Assembly: GCA_964016885.1 (NCBI GenBank)
Contig: OZ024741.1
Location: 293,136,001 to 293,200,000, forward strand
Length of the DNA: 64,000 nucleotides
Reading direction: 5' to 3'
Source of the DNA: Eledone cirrhosa
Taxonomy: Eukaryota
Shown here: piece by piece, positions 24,996-38,582 of the stretch
How positions within the stretch are numbered: the first letter of the stretch is position 1
Layout of the letters: the number at the start of each line of letters is the position of its first letter
Notes under the pieces: generated by a model
The model's input: the letters and a program-made list of their open reading frames with translations, nothing else
What the model was told of the DNA's origin: nothing
Database searches by the model: none
Made by a program: the position numbers and the translations under genes

Positions 24996-26291
24996 ACCCT
25001 GTCCTTAACCACAAAGAATCATAACTAACATATATATACCACTACTCTCGGCTTTCGAATAATCGTACCCACAAATTATTCATTTTTTCAGATTTTTTTC
25101 CACTCTTATTAAAAAACGTTATACATTAAAAAAAAAAAGAATTACAAGAAATCTCTTACGTTATAAGATAAATAGGATGGGTTGGGGTTCTCAATAAATA
25201 AACTAAACAACTAATTCTGGTTTAAAAAAAAAATCAAGGGAGACAAGCTGGAAAAATTATCGATTTTAACCACCCTCCCTGCTTATTCCTCTCTCCTTAT
25301 TATGTGGGACCCAAGGATATCTGCTCTATCCACATTTCCATCGAGTAGTATCATAAATTAATTATATTATATAAATTAGTATTAGATGTACTGGGGAAAG
25401 TTGGCGATCATAAACTGTCTTCCGTTACTAAGAAAAAATTATTTCATCTGTTTAACTGTTTTGTTATCAACCAATCAACATTTGCACCTGTTTCTATGAA
25501 ACAGACCCACTCATTCTGATAGATGATAGTTCAGAAAATTAAATAAATCACTCTAAGGATAATTTAACCAATTTTCTTAACCATTACCAATAGCAATTAA
25601 CTGCAAGTAGTTATTTTATGCATGTTTGACTCTCACATTTTCAAATTTCAAAACACTCCCAGCACTTCATAATTCATGATTTATTTAAATTAAAACCTTC
25701 CAACAGTTTGACATAAGAACCTTTCGGTAATTTATGTTTCAAATACCAACTTAATAATGGAATAATTAATAACTTTAATTAAACATTTTTCATTAATTTA
25801 TTGAATTGATAGAATTACAGTGTATTTCATGAAAAATATTGTCATGAAAGGGTTAATCTTAATATATAAAAGTGAATTTAAGTGTGTGTGTGTATGTATG
25901 TGTGTGTATATGCATATTGTAGACTACAGCTTTGCACCTAGGCCATTGAAATATTGTATAGGGAGACATCTTTTGATGGAGGTCATAATGCTATCAGGCA
26001 TTTTCTGAAACTTTTTCTTTTTCTTTTCAAACAGAAAAAAATACTAAGAATACCTTAACCATTGTGGAAGTTACTGAAAAAAAGTTACTAATTAAAATAA
26101 TATAAAATAATTCATTAAGAGTAATTATGTAAATTAATAAAGTATTCTGAAAGAATTATATTTTCTAAAAAAACAAAAAGGAATATTAAAATTATATTTT
26201 GGATTCTATATATGTTAATTTTTTTTACATTTTAAAAAAGCTCAATTTGAAACATTTTCTGACTGACTTGGATTCTGAATGTTTAGTTATA

Positions 26292-26539
26292 CTTGGATCA
26301 ACTGAAGATTGTCAGTCAATATGCTTGGATCAACTGAAGATTGTCAGTCAATATCTTTGGATCAACTGATGATTGTCAGTTAATATCTTTGGATCAACAA
26401 AACATAGTCAGTCAATATCCTTGGATCAACTGATGATTGTCAGTCAATATCCTTGGATCAACTGATGATTGTCAGTCAATATACTTGAATCAACTGATGA
26501 TTGTCAGTCAATATCCTTAGATCAACTGATGATTGTCAG
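26292..26539. repeat. 32-bp minisatellite, ~8 copies
   Basis: cttggatcaactgatgattgtcagtcaatatc; one further copy at ~29209-29241. Confidence 0.93.
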
Positions 26540-26624
26540 CATCATTTTGAAAATAATTTCGCCATAATTTAGTCAATTCATGTGTTCTGCCATTCATTGT
26601 TTTCTTACATTATCTAAAGTGGAT

Positions 26625-26782
26625 GTAGGCATGGCTGAGTGGTTAAGAATTCAACTTTGCAATCATGAGGCCCTAGTTTTGATAATTTTGAATGGCAACT
26701 TAGATAACTGTTTTTATCTTACCCATCTGTTGATCCAAGCTTTTGTATAAAATTGGGTTGACAGAAACTGTGTGGAACTCCA
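26625..26782 (+). mobile_element. Decayed tRNA-head SINE
   Basis: A-box-like tggctgagtggttaag; the remainder is degenerate. Confidence 0.45.
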
Positions 26783-26899
26783 TTATTACATATTGTATCA
26801 TGCTGGTTTAGCCTTGGAATTATGGTAAGGATACAAATGTCTGTAAAATATTCCACCACTTACAAGTTAGTTAATTCTTGAGTTGGCAACATTCCAAAT

Positions 26900-27170
26900 T
26901 GAGATATCACAGCTCTGATATTATTGACATGTGGTTAGCATGTCTCAGGAAAGAATCACTTGACAGATTTTACAGGCAAAACCAACTGACAGGAAACCCA
27001 GGAGTTGACCCCGAGCAAGATGGTTGGATAAAATCCATGAGTTTGGCTTGTCTCGCTTGGGGATCCATCTGGATCATTTGGAGATGGTGTTGTTCTGATA
27101 GGACCCACTGGAAGGAGTGTTGGAGGAATCTGTCCCCATGACCCTCCCAGAAATATGTGGGCAAAGAAGG
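26900..27170 (+). mobile_element. Decayed 3' end of an Expander/Rex3-like RTE
   Basis: Translates PRARWLD...SRLGIHLDHLE...DRTHW...LSP, resembling the RTE C-terminal GRPRTRW...RLGI segment. Confidence 0.55.
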
Positions 27171-27598
27171 AGAAGAAAAAAAGGACATCCAGATGATCGA
27201 AAAGCTGACAGATGATCAATCACAATCTCTAAGGAACTCTGTGTGTTGAAGTTTTCAATCCTCACAACTAAACTTTATTGTTAGCTGCAAACACACTTTA
27301 AGTTTTACAACAACAACTGACCTTCAAACATAAGTATGAATTCAATACATGCCTATTTAGTGGGGAACCTTCTAGATTTAGAAATACCATTCTGTCCAGC
27401 GCAATTCTCACATTACTTGACACCCAAAGTTTTATTGAGGTACAAGTGGTAAATTTGCATACACACTCACTTCTAATCTCTTCTCCAATGAATGTATGAT
27501 GATAGTATTTTCCTGTTTTTCTATGCAAAAACCCTAAATGAAACACATAGCATGTGTGTATGAGTACACATACAATTGTGACAGTGGGCTTATATATA

Positions 27599-27641
<43 letters not shown>

Positions 27642-27647
<6 letters not shown>

Positions 27648-28175
27648 AGGGTATATATGAAAGCATATACTCTATGATTATATACAATAAACATGACAAC
27701 CTCACTATCAAACAAAAAATATTTTTTCTTTGATAACGAGGCTCTCATAAGTTTACTGTATATAAACTTATGTTTTCATATACACCCTATTATGCTTAAC
27801 ATTGTCTTAGAACTACTGCCAATTAATTATAACCAGCCAGCTTCATGCTATATGCAAATGAGCATCTCTAGGAAATATTCATCATGCAAAATCTATGTAG
27901 GCTCTAGTTTATTTTCATTTCAGTACCAGTTGAGTGAATGTCACTGATGAGAGATTAATGAATCTTGAAACAGCTGTTTGGTATTTTCAATGGCTACTGA
28001 GATATATGTGATAAGTTCACAGAACAAAAGAGAGAAAAATAAATTTTTCATAAAAAAAAAATATTTTTTCTTTTATAGTGAGGCTCCCATATGTTCATTG
28101 TATATAAACATACAGTATATGCGTTCATATGCACCTTTATCCTTTATTATGCTTAACATTGCCTTTGGGCTAGTG

Positions 28176-28180
<5 letters not shown>
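27642..28180 (+). mobile_element. HHR-bearing mini element: inverted 5' piece plus partial tandem (~340-bp period) between (TA)n tracts
   Basis: 27715-27823 resembles 28055-28180; 27642-27692 is an inverted copy of part of that segment. Confidence 0.7.
27937..27985 (+). ncRNA. Type I hammerhead ribozyme, canonical core
   Basis: aatgtca-CTGATGA-gagatt aatg aatctt-GAAA-cagctg-TT-tggtatt; palindromic stem III. Confidence 0.85.
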
Positions 28181-28210
<30 letters not shown>

Positions 28211-28619
28211 TACATACATAGATACATACATATACTTGCACACACACACACACACATATATATATATAGACCATGGACACGCATATATACATAGTCTATG
28301 GATACACACATAACTTTTGTTGCTGTCTTTTTATATGAAACATTTAACTAAAAAGTGAATGTGTGTATTTTTGTGTGTGTATATGGGCATCTGCACACAT
28401 GTTGCCTTCACATATTTCTTTGCCATTATGTTTATGCATATATTCTATAAACCAGGGGCATTTTCTGTTTATGCGTGTGTACATATCCATATGACTATGT
28501 GTGTATGCATATATACCTTTGATTGTACATAGTTTCTGTTTGTGTGTTTATCTGTGCATGCACACATGTGTTTTCTTTTTGTCAGATATGTTTGTATATT
28601 AAACAATAAACTGGATATA

Positions 28620-28673
<54 letters not shown>

Positions 28674-29352
28674 GTATTTATGTCTTTGCTACTATAATTT
28701 TCTCTCTCCCTCTCTCTTATTACATATGTAGATGACAGGATGACATGATGTAGCAATAGACAAGGTATATTTTACCAAATGTACCATTAATTAATACAAA
28801 TATTTTTTAACCAAGAAAATGTCTATTAGAGCTAATAAAGAAAATACACTAAAAAATGAATTGTTTTTTTGACAACTAATGGATGGCAGAAATGACAAAC
28901 GTATTGATCATATATTATGCTGATAGCTAGCTTGGAAAAGTTTAGGCAATGATACAGTAGAAGGATGGTGTAAATAAGATATTGGACTATTTAATCATGG
29001 ATAATGAGATCAAATACATTGTTAGTACTACTGGCGTTTACTCTTTTATTCTGTTATGTGTTCTAGCCAATAGGCTAAGGCTATGCTGGAGCACTGCCAT
29101 TAGTTGGGTTTCTGAAAAAGAAAAAAATGAAAAAAGAAAAATGCTTTATTTTACTTTGTCTTATTTCAATTAAACTTTTGTGTTCATCCTTAGCTTAAAG
29201 TTCAGTATAATTGTCAGTCAATATACTTGAATCAACTGATGCCAATTTTGTTGTTCAGACTTGTCTGATCAATTTCATAAAAAGTAGTGGATTGTGTTAG
29301 AAAGTAGTCTAAAATGAACATTTTGCCACCAGTAAATAAATACCATCTATAC

Positions 29353-32300
29353 TAAAGTGATAGTGCTGGTACCATGATAAAAGCACCCCGTCCACCTTAT
29401 AAAATGATAATGCTGGTACCATGATAAAATGCACCCTTGTTGACCTTGTAAAATGATAGTACTGAATGATGATAAAAAGCACTCTGTCCATCTTATAAAG
29501 TGATAATGCTGGTACCATGATAAAAAGCACTCTGTCCATCTTATAAAGTGGTAGTGCTGGTACCATGATAAAAAGCACTCTGTCCATCTTATAAAGTGGT
29601 AGTGCTGGTACCATGATAAAAAGCACTCTGTCCACCTTATAAAGTGGTAGTGTTGGTACCATGATAAAAAGCACTCTGTCCATCTTATAAAGTGATAGTG
29701 CTGGTACCATGATAAAAAGCACCCTGTCCATCTTATAAAGTGGTAGTGCTGGTACCATGATAAAAAGCACTCTGTCCATCTTATAAAGTGGTAGTGCTGG
29801 TACCATGATAAAAAGCACTCTGTCCACCTTGTAAAGTGATAGTGCTGGTACCATGATAAAAAGCACTCTGTCCACCTTGTAAAGTGATAGTGCTGGTACC
29901 ATGATAAAAAGCACTCTGTCCACCTTATAAAGTGGTAGTGTTGGTACCATGATAAAAAGCACTCTGTCCATCTTATAAAGTGATAGTGCTGATACCATGA
30001 TAAAAAGCACTCTGTCCATCTTATAAAGTGGTAGTGCTGGTACCATGATAAAAAGCACTCTGTCCACCTTGTAAAGTGATAGTGTTGGTACCATGATAAA
30101 AAGCACTCTGTCCATCTTATAAAGTGGTAGTGCTGGTACCATGATAAAAAGCACTCTGTCCATCTTATAAAGTGGTAGTGCTGGTACCATGATAAAAAGC
30201 ACTCTGTCCATCTTATAAAGTGGTAGTGCTGGTACCATGATAAAAAGCACTCTGTCCACCTTGTAAAGTGATAGTGTTGGTACCATGATAAAAAGCACTC
30301 TGTCCACCTTGTAAAGTGATAGTGTTGGTACCATGATAAAAAGCACTCTGTCCACCTTGTAAAGTGATAGTGCTGGTACCATGATAAAAAGCACTCTGTC
30401 CACCTTGTAAAGTGATAGTGCTGGTACCATGATAAAAAGCACTCTGTCCACCTTGTAAAGTGATAGTGTTGGTACCATGATAAAAAGCACTCTGTCCACC
30501 TTGTAAAGTTATAGTGCTGGTACCATGATAAAAAGCACTCTGTCCACCTTGTAAAGTGATAGTGTTGGTACCATGATAAAAAGCACTCTGTCCACCTTGT
30601 AAAGTGATAGTGCTGGTACCATGATAAAAAGCACTCTGTCCACCTTATAAAGTGATAGTGTTGGTACCATGATAAAAAGCACTCTGTCCACCTTGTAAAG
30701 TGATAGTGCTGGTACCAGGATAAAAAGCACTCTGTCCACCTTATAAAGTGATAGTGTTGGTACCATGATAAAAAGCACTCTGTCCATCTTATAAAGTGAT
30801 AATGCTGGTACCATGATAAAAAAAACTCTGTCCATCTTATAAAGTGATAGTGTTGGTACCATGATAAAAAGCACTCTGTCCACCTTGTAAAGTGATAGTG
30901 CTGGTACCATGATAAAAAGCACTCTGTCCACCTTGTAAAGTGGTAGTGCTGGTACCATGATAAAAAGCACTCTGTCCACCTTGTAAAGTGGTAGTGCTGG
31001 TACCATGATAAAAAGCACTCTGTCCACCTTCTAAAGTGATAGTGCTGGTACCATGATAAAAAGCACTCTGTCCATCTTATAAAGTGATAGTGCTGGTACC
31101 ATGATAAAAAGCACTCTGTCCACCTTGTAAAGTGATAGTGCTGGTACCATGATAAAAAGCACTCTGTCCATCTTATAAAGTGATAGTGCTGGTACCATGA
31201 TAAAAAGCACTCTGTCCACCTTGTAAAGTGATAGTGCTGGTACCATGATAAAAAACACTCTGTCCACCTTGTAAAGTGATAGTGCTGGTACCATGATAAA
31301 AAGCACTCTGTCCACCTTGTAAAGTGATAGTGCTGGTACCATGATAAAAAGCACTCTGTCCACCTTGTAAAGTGATAGTGTTGGTACCATGATAAAAAGC
31401 ACACTGTCCACCTTGTAAAGTGATAGTGCTGGTACCATGATAAAAAGCACTCTGTCCACCTTATAAAGTGATAGTGTTGGTACCATGATAAAAAGCACTC
31501 TGTCCACCTTGTAAAGAGATAGTGCTGGTACCATGATAAAAAGCACTCTGTCCACCTTATAAAGTGATAGTGTTGGTACCATGATAAAAAGCACTCTGTC
31601 CATCTTATAAAGTGATAATGCTGGTACCATGATAAAAAGCACTCTGTCCATCTTATAAAGTGATAGTGTTGGTACCATGATAAAAAGCACTCTGTCCACC
31701 TTGTAAAGTGATAGTGCTGGTACCATGATAAAAAGCACTCTGTCCACCTTGTAAAGTGGTAGTGCTGGTACCATGATAAAAAGCACTCTGTCCACCTTGT
31801 AAAGTGATAGTGTTGGTACCATGATAAAAAGCACTCTGTCCACCTTGTAAAGTGATAGTGCTGGTACCATGATAAAAAAAACTCTGTCCATCTTATAAAG
31901 TGATAGTGTTGGTACCATGATAAAAAGCACTCTGTCCACCTTGTAAAGTGATAGTGCTGGTACCATGATAAAAAGCACTCTGTCCACCTTGTAAAGTGGT
32001 AGTGCTGGTACCATGATAAAAAGCACTCTGTCCACCTTCTAAAGTGATAGTGCTGGTACCATGATAAAAAGCACTCTGTCCATCTTATAAAGTGATAGTG
32101 CTGGTACCATGATAAAAAGCACTCTGTCCACCTTGTAAAGTGATAGTGCTGGTACCATGATAAAAAGCACTCTGTCCATCTTATAAAATGATAGTGCTGG
32201 TACCATGATAAAAAGCACTCTGTCCACCTTGTAAAGTGATAGTGCTGGTACCATGATAAAAAGCACTCTGTCCACCTTGTAAAGTGATAGTGCTGGTACC

Positions 32301-35300
32301 ATGATAAAAAGCACTCTGTCCACCTTGTAAAGTGATAGTGCTGGTACCATGATAAAAAGCACTCTGTCCACCTTGTAAAGTGATAGTGTTGGTACCATGA
32401 TAAAAAGCACTCTGTCCACCTTGTAAAGTGATAGTGCTGGTACCATGATAAAAAGCACTCTGTCCACCTTATAAAGTGATAGTGTTGGTACCATGATAAA
32501 AAGCACTCTGTCCACCTTGTAAAGTGATAGTGCTGGTACCATGATAAAAAGCACTCTGTCCACCTTATAAAGTGATAGTGTTGGTACCATGATAAAAAGC
32601 ACTCTGTCCATCTTATAAAGTGATAATGCTGGTACCATGATAAAAAGCACTCTGTCCATCTTATAAAGTGATAGTGTTGGTACCATGATAAAAAGCAATC
32701 TGTCCACCTTGTAAAGTGATAGTGCTGGTACCATGATAAAAAGCACTCTGTCCACCTTGTAAAGTGGTAGTGCTGGTACCATGATAAAAAGCACTCTGTC
32801 CACCTTGTAAAGTGATAGTGCTGGTACCATGATAAAAAGCACTCTGTCCACCTTGTAAAGTGATAGTGCTGGTACCATGATAAAAAGCACTCTGTCCATC
32901 TTATAAAGTGATAGTGCTGGTACCATGATAAAAAGCACTCTGTCCACCTTGTAAAGTGATAGTGCTGGTACCATGATAAAAAGCACTCTGTCCACCTTGT
33001 AAAGTGATAGTGCTGGTACCATGATAAAAAGCACTCTGTCCACCTTGTAAAGTGATAGTGTTGGTACCATGATAAAAAGCACTCTGTCCACCTTGTAAAG
33101 TGATAGTGTTGGTACCATGATAAAAAGCACTCTGTCCACCTTGTAAAGTGGTAGTGCTGGTACCATGATAAAAAGCACTCTGTCCATCTTAAAAAGTGAT
33201 AGTGCTGGTACCATGATAAAAACACTCTGTCCACCTTGTAAAGTGATAGTGCTGGTACCATGATAAAAAGCACTCTGTCCACCTTGTAAAGTGATAGTGC
33301 TGGTACCATGATAAAAAGCACTCTGTCCACCTTGTAAAGTGATAGTGCTGGTACCATGATAAAAAGCACTCTGTCCACCTTGTAAAGTGATAGTGTTGGT
33401 ACCATGATAAAAAGCACTCTGTCCACCTTGTAAAGTGGTAGTGCTGGTACCATGATAAAAAGCACTCTGTCCACCTTGTAAAGTGGTAGTGCTGGTACCA
33501 TGATAAAAAGCACTCTGTCCACCTTGTAAAGTGATAGTGTTGGTACCATGATAAAAAGCACTCTGTCCACCTTGTAAAGTGATAGTGTTGGTACCATGAT
33601 AAAAAGCACTCTGTCCACCTTGTAAAGTGATAGTGCTGGTACCATGATAAAAAGCACTCTGTCCACCTTGTAAAGTGATAGTGCTGGTACCATGATAAAA
33701 AGCACTCTGTCCACCTTGTAAAGTGATAGTGTTGGTACCATGATAAAAAGCACTCTGTCCACCTTGTAAAGTGATAGTGCTGGTACCATGATAAAAAGCA
33801 CTCTGTCCACCTTATAAAGTGATAGTGTTGGTACCATGATAAAAAGCAATCTGTCCATCTTATAAAGTGATAATGCTGGTACCATGATAAAAAGCACTCT
33901 GTCCATCTTATAAAGTGATAGTGTTGGTACCATGATAAAAAGCACTCTGTCCACCTTGTAAAGTGATAGTGCTGGTACCATGATAAAAAGCACTCTGTCC
34001 ACCTTGTAAAGTGGTAGTGCTGGTACCATGATAAAAAGCACTCTGTCCACCTTGTAAAGTGATAGTGCTGGTACCATGATAAAAAGCACTCTGTCCACCT
34101 TGTAAAGTGATAGTGCTGGTACCATGATAAAAAGCACTCTGTCCACCTTGTAAAGTGATAGTGCTGGTACCATGATAAAAAGCACTCTGTCCACCTTGTA
34201 AAGTGATAGTGTTGGTACCATGATAAAAAGCACTCTGTCCACCTTGTAAAGTGATAGTGTTGGTACCATGATAAAAAGCACTCTGTCCACCTTGTAAAGT
34301 GGTAGTGCTGGTACCATGATAAAAAGCACTCTGTCCATCTTAAAAAGTGATAGTGCTGGTACCATGATAAAAAGCACTCTGTCCACCTTGTAAAGTGATA
34401 GTGCTGGTACCATGATAAAAAGCACTCTGTCCACCTTGTAAAGTGATAGTGCTGGTACCATGATAAAAAGCACTCTGTCCACCTTGTAAAGTGATAGTGC
34501 TGGTACCATGATAAAAAGCACTCTGTCCACCTTGTAAAGTGATAGTGTTGGTACCATGATAAAAAGCACTCTGTCCACCTTGTAAAGTGGTAGTGCTGGT
34601 ACCATGATAAAAAGCACTCTGTCCACCTTGTAAAGTGGTAGTGCTGGTACCATGATAAAAAGCACTCTGTCCACCTTGTAAAGTGATAGTGTTGGTACCA
34701 TGATAAAAAGCACTCTGTCCACCTTGTAAAGTGATAGTGCTGGTACCATGATAAAAAGCACTCTGTCCACCTTGTAAAGTGATAGTGTTGGTACCATGAT
34801 AAAAAGCACTCTGTCCACCTTGTAAAGTGGTAGTGCTGGTACCATGATAAAAAGCACTCTGTCCATCTTAAAAAGTGATAGTGCTGGTACCATGATAAAA
34901 AGCACTCTGTCCACCTTGTAAAGTGATAGTGCTGGTACCATGATAAAAAGCACTCTGTCCACCTTGTAAAGTGATAGTGCTGGTACCATGATAAAAAGCA
35001 CTCTGTCCACCTTGTAAAGTGATAGTGCTGGTACCATGATAAAAAGCACTCTGTCCACCTTGTAAAGTGATAGTGTTGGTACCATGATAAAAAGCACTCT
35101 GTCCACCTTGTAAAGTGATAGTGCTGGTACCATGATAAAAAGCACTCTGTCCACCTTGTAAAGTGATAGTGTTGGTACCATGATAAAAAGCACTCTGTCC
35201 ACCTTGTAAAGTGATAGTGCTGGTACCATGATAAAAAGCACTCTGTCCACCTTATAAAGTGATAGTGTTGGTACCATGATAAAAAGCACTCTGTCCACCT

Positions 35301-38300
35301 TGTAAAGTGATAGTGCTGGTACCATGATAAAAAGCACTCTGTCCACCTTATAAAGTGATAGTGTTGGTACCATGATAAAAAGCACTCTGTCCATCTTATA
35401 AAGTGATAATGCTGGTACCATGATAAAAAGCACTCTGTCCATCTTATAAAGTGATAGTGTTGGTACCATGATAAAAAGCACTCTGTCCACCTTGTAAAGT
35501 TGTAGTGCTGGTACCATGATAAAAAGCACTCTGTCCACCTTGTAAAGTGATAGTGTTGGTACCATGATAAAAAGCACTCTGTCCACCTTGTAAAGTGATA
35601 GTGCTGGTACCATGATAAAAAGCACTCTGTCCACCTTGTAAAGTGATAGTGCTGGTACCATGATAAAAAGCACTCTGTCCACCTTGTAAAGTGATAGTGT
35701 TGGTACCATGATAAAAAGCACTCTGTCCACCTTGTAAAGTGATAGTGTTGGTACCATGATAAAAAGCACTCTGTCCACCTTGTAAAGTGGTAGTGCTGGT
35801 ACCATGATAAAAAGCACTCTGTCCATCTTAAAAAGTGATAGTGCTGGTACCATGATAAAAAGCACTCTGTCCACCTTGTAAAGTGATAGTGCTGGTACCA
35901 TGATAAAAAGCACTCTGTCCACCTTGTAAAGTGATAGTGCTGGTACCATGATAAAAAGCACTCTGTCCACCTTGTAAAGTGATAGTGCTGGTACCATGAT
36001 AAAAAGCACTCTGTCCACCTTGTAAAGTGATAGTGTTGGTACCATGATAAAAAGCACTCTGTCCACCTTGTAAAGTGGTAGTGCTGGTACCATGATAAAA
36101 AGCACTCTGTCCACCTTGTAAAGTGGTAGTGCTGGTACCATGATAAAAAGCACTCTGTCCACCTTGTAAAGTGATAGTGTTGGTACCATGATAAAAAGCA
36201 CTCTGTCCACCTTGTAAAGTGATAGTGCTGGTACCATGATAAAAAGCACTCTGTCCACCTTGTAAAGTGATAGTGTTGGTACCATGATAAAAAGCACTCT
36301 GTCCACCTTGTAAAGTGGTAGTGCTGGTACCATGATAAAAAGCACTCTGTCCATCTTAAAAAGTGATAGTGCTGGTACCATGATAAAAAGCACTCTGTCC
36401 ACCTTGTAAAGTGATAGTGCTGGTACCATGATAAAAAGCACTCTGTCCACCTTGTAAAGTGATAGTGCTGGTACCATGATAAAAAGCACTCTGTCCACCT
36501 TGTAAAGTGATAGTGCTGGTACCATGATAAAAAGCACTCTGTCCACCTTGTAAAGTGATAGTGTTGGTACCATGATAAAAAGCACTCTGTCCACCTTGTA
36601 AAGTGATAGTGCTGGTACCATGATAAAAAGCACTCTGTCCACCTTGTAAAGTGATAGTGTTGGTACCATGATAAAAAGCACTCTGTCCACCTTGTAAAGT
36701 GATAGTGCTGGTACCATGATAAAAAGCACTCTGTCCACCTTATAAAGTGATAGTGTTGGTACCATGATAAAAAGCACTCTGTCCACCTTGTAAAGTGATA
36801 GTGCTGGTACCATGATAAAAAGCACTCTGTCCACCTTATAAAGTGATAGTGTTGGTACCATGATAAAAAGCACTCTGTCCATCTTATAAAGTGATAATGC
36901 TGGTACCATGATAAAAAGCACTCTGTCCATCTTATAAAGTGATAGTGTTGGTACCATGATAAAAAGCACTCTGTCCACCTTGTAAAGTTGTAGTGCTGGT
37001 ACCATGATAAAAAGCACTCTGTCCACCTTGTAAAGTGATAGTGTTGGTACCATGATAAAAAGCACTCTGTCCACCTTGTAAAGTGATAGTGCTGGTACCA
37101 TGATAAAAAGCACTCTGTCCACCTTGTAAAGTGATAGTGTTGGTACCATGATAAAAAGCACTCTGTCCACCTTGTAAAGTGGTAGTGCTGGTACCATGAT
37201 AAAAAGCACTCTGTCCATCTTATAAAGTGGTAGTGCTGGTACCATGATAAAAAGCACTCTGTCCACCTTGTAAAGTGATAGTGTTGGTACCATGATAAAA
37301 AGCACTCTGTCCACCTTGTAAAGTGATAGTGTTGGTACCATGATAAAAAGCACTCTGTCCACCTTGTAAAGTGATAGTGCTGGTACCATGATAAAAAGCA
37401 CTCTGTCCACCTTGTAAAGTGATAGTGCTGGTACCATGATAAAAAGCACTCTGTCCACCTTGTAAAGTGATAGTGCTGGTACCATGATAAAAAGCACTCT
37501 GTCCACATTGTAAAGTGATAGTGCTGATACCATGATAAAAAGCACTCTGTCCACCTTGTAAAGTGATAGTGCTGGTACCATGATAAAAAGCACTCTGTCC
37601 ACCTTGTAAAGTGATAGTGCTGGTACCATGATAAAAAGCACTCTGTCCACCTTGTAAAGTGATAGTGCTGGTACCATGATAAAAAGCACTCTGTCCACCT
37701 TGTAAAGTGATAGTGCTGGTACCATGATAAAAAGCACTCTGTCCACCTTGTAAAGTGATAGTGCTGGTACCATGATAAAAAGCACTCTGTCCACCTTGTA
37801 AAGTGATAGTGCTGGTACCATGATAAAAAGCACTCTGTCCACCTTGTAAAGTGATAGTGCTGGTACCATGATAAAAAGCACTCTGTCCATCTTATAAAGT
37901 GATAGTGCTGGTACCATGATAAAAAGCACTCTGTCCATCTTATAAAGTGATAGTGTTGGTACCATGATAAAAAGCACTCTGTCCACCTTGTAAAGTGATA
38001 GTGCTGGTACCATGATAAAAAGCACTCTGTCCACTTTGTAAAGTGATAGTGCTGGTACCATGATAAAAAGCACTCTGTCCACCTTGTAAAGTGATAGTGT
38101 TGGTACCATGATAAAAAGCACTCTGTCCACCTTGTAAAGTGATAGTGTTGGTACCATGATAAAAAGCACTCTGTCCACCTTGTAAAGTGATAGTGCTGGT
38201 ACCATGATAAAAAGCACTCTGTCCACCTTGTAAAGTGATAGTGTTGGTACCATGATAAAAAGCACTCTGTCCACCTTATAAAGTGGTAGTGCTGGTACCA

Positions 38301-38405
38301 TGATAAAAAGCACTCTGTCCACCTTGTAAAGTGATAGTGTTGCTACCATGATAAAAAGCACTCTGTCCACCTTGTAAAGTGATAGTGTTGGTACCATGAT
38401 AAAAA
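29353..38405 (+). repeat. 48-bp tandem array, ~188 copies, with higher-order structure
   Basis: Unit ctctgtccaccttgtaaagtgatagtgctggtaccatgataaaaagca; few variable sites; no spacers. Confidence 0.98.
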
Positions 38406-38582
38406 CCATCCAAGAAACACTGTGAAGTAGATGACATTGGGAAGGGCATCCAGCCATAGAAACCATGCCAGAATGGAATGTATGAGTGAAACACAGTCAG
38501 CTGACATGCCTGTCTAAGATTATGATATCCCATCCATGCAGGCATGGAGAATAGACATAAAACACCTGTGATGATGATGACT
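38406..38582 (+). mobile_element. RTE-type terminal tail continuing directly from the array
   Basis: acactgtgaagt..ttgggaagggcatccagccatagaaa...catccatgcaggcatggagaatagacataaaac..(gat)n. Confidence 0.8.

Noticed and set aside
29353-38405. CRISPR-like array
   Set aside because: Units are contiguous with no unique spacers, there are no cas genes, and the context is eukaryotic.
29347-38466. 3039-aa and overlapping 1439-aa repeat ORFs on the minus strand
   Set aside because: A 48-bp unit that lacks stops in two frames gives long ORFs automatically. The peptide switches at a 1-bp deletion, the other frame has stops, and the start lies in an antisense RTE tail.
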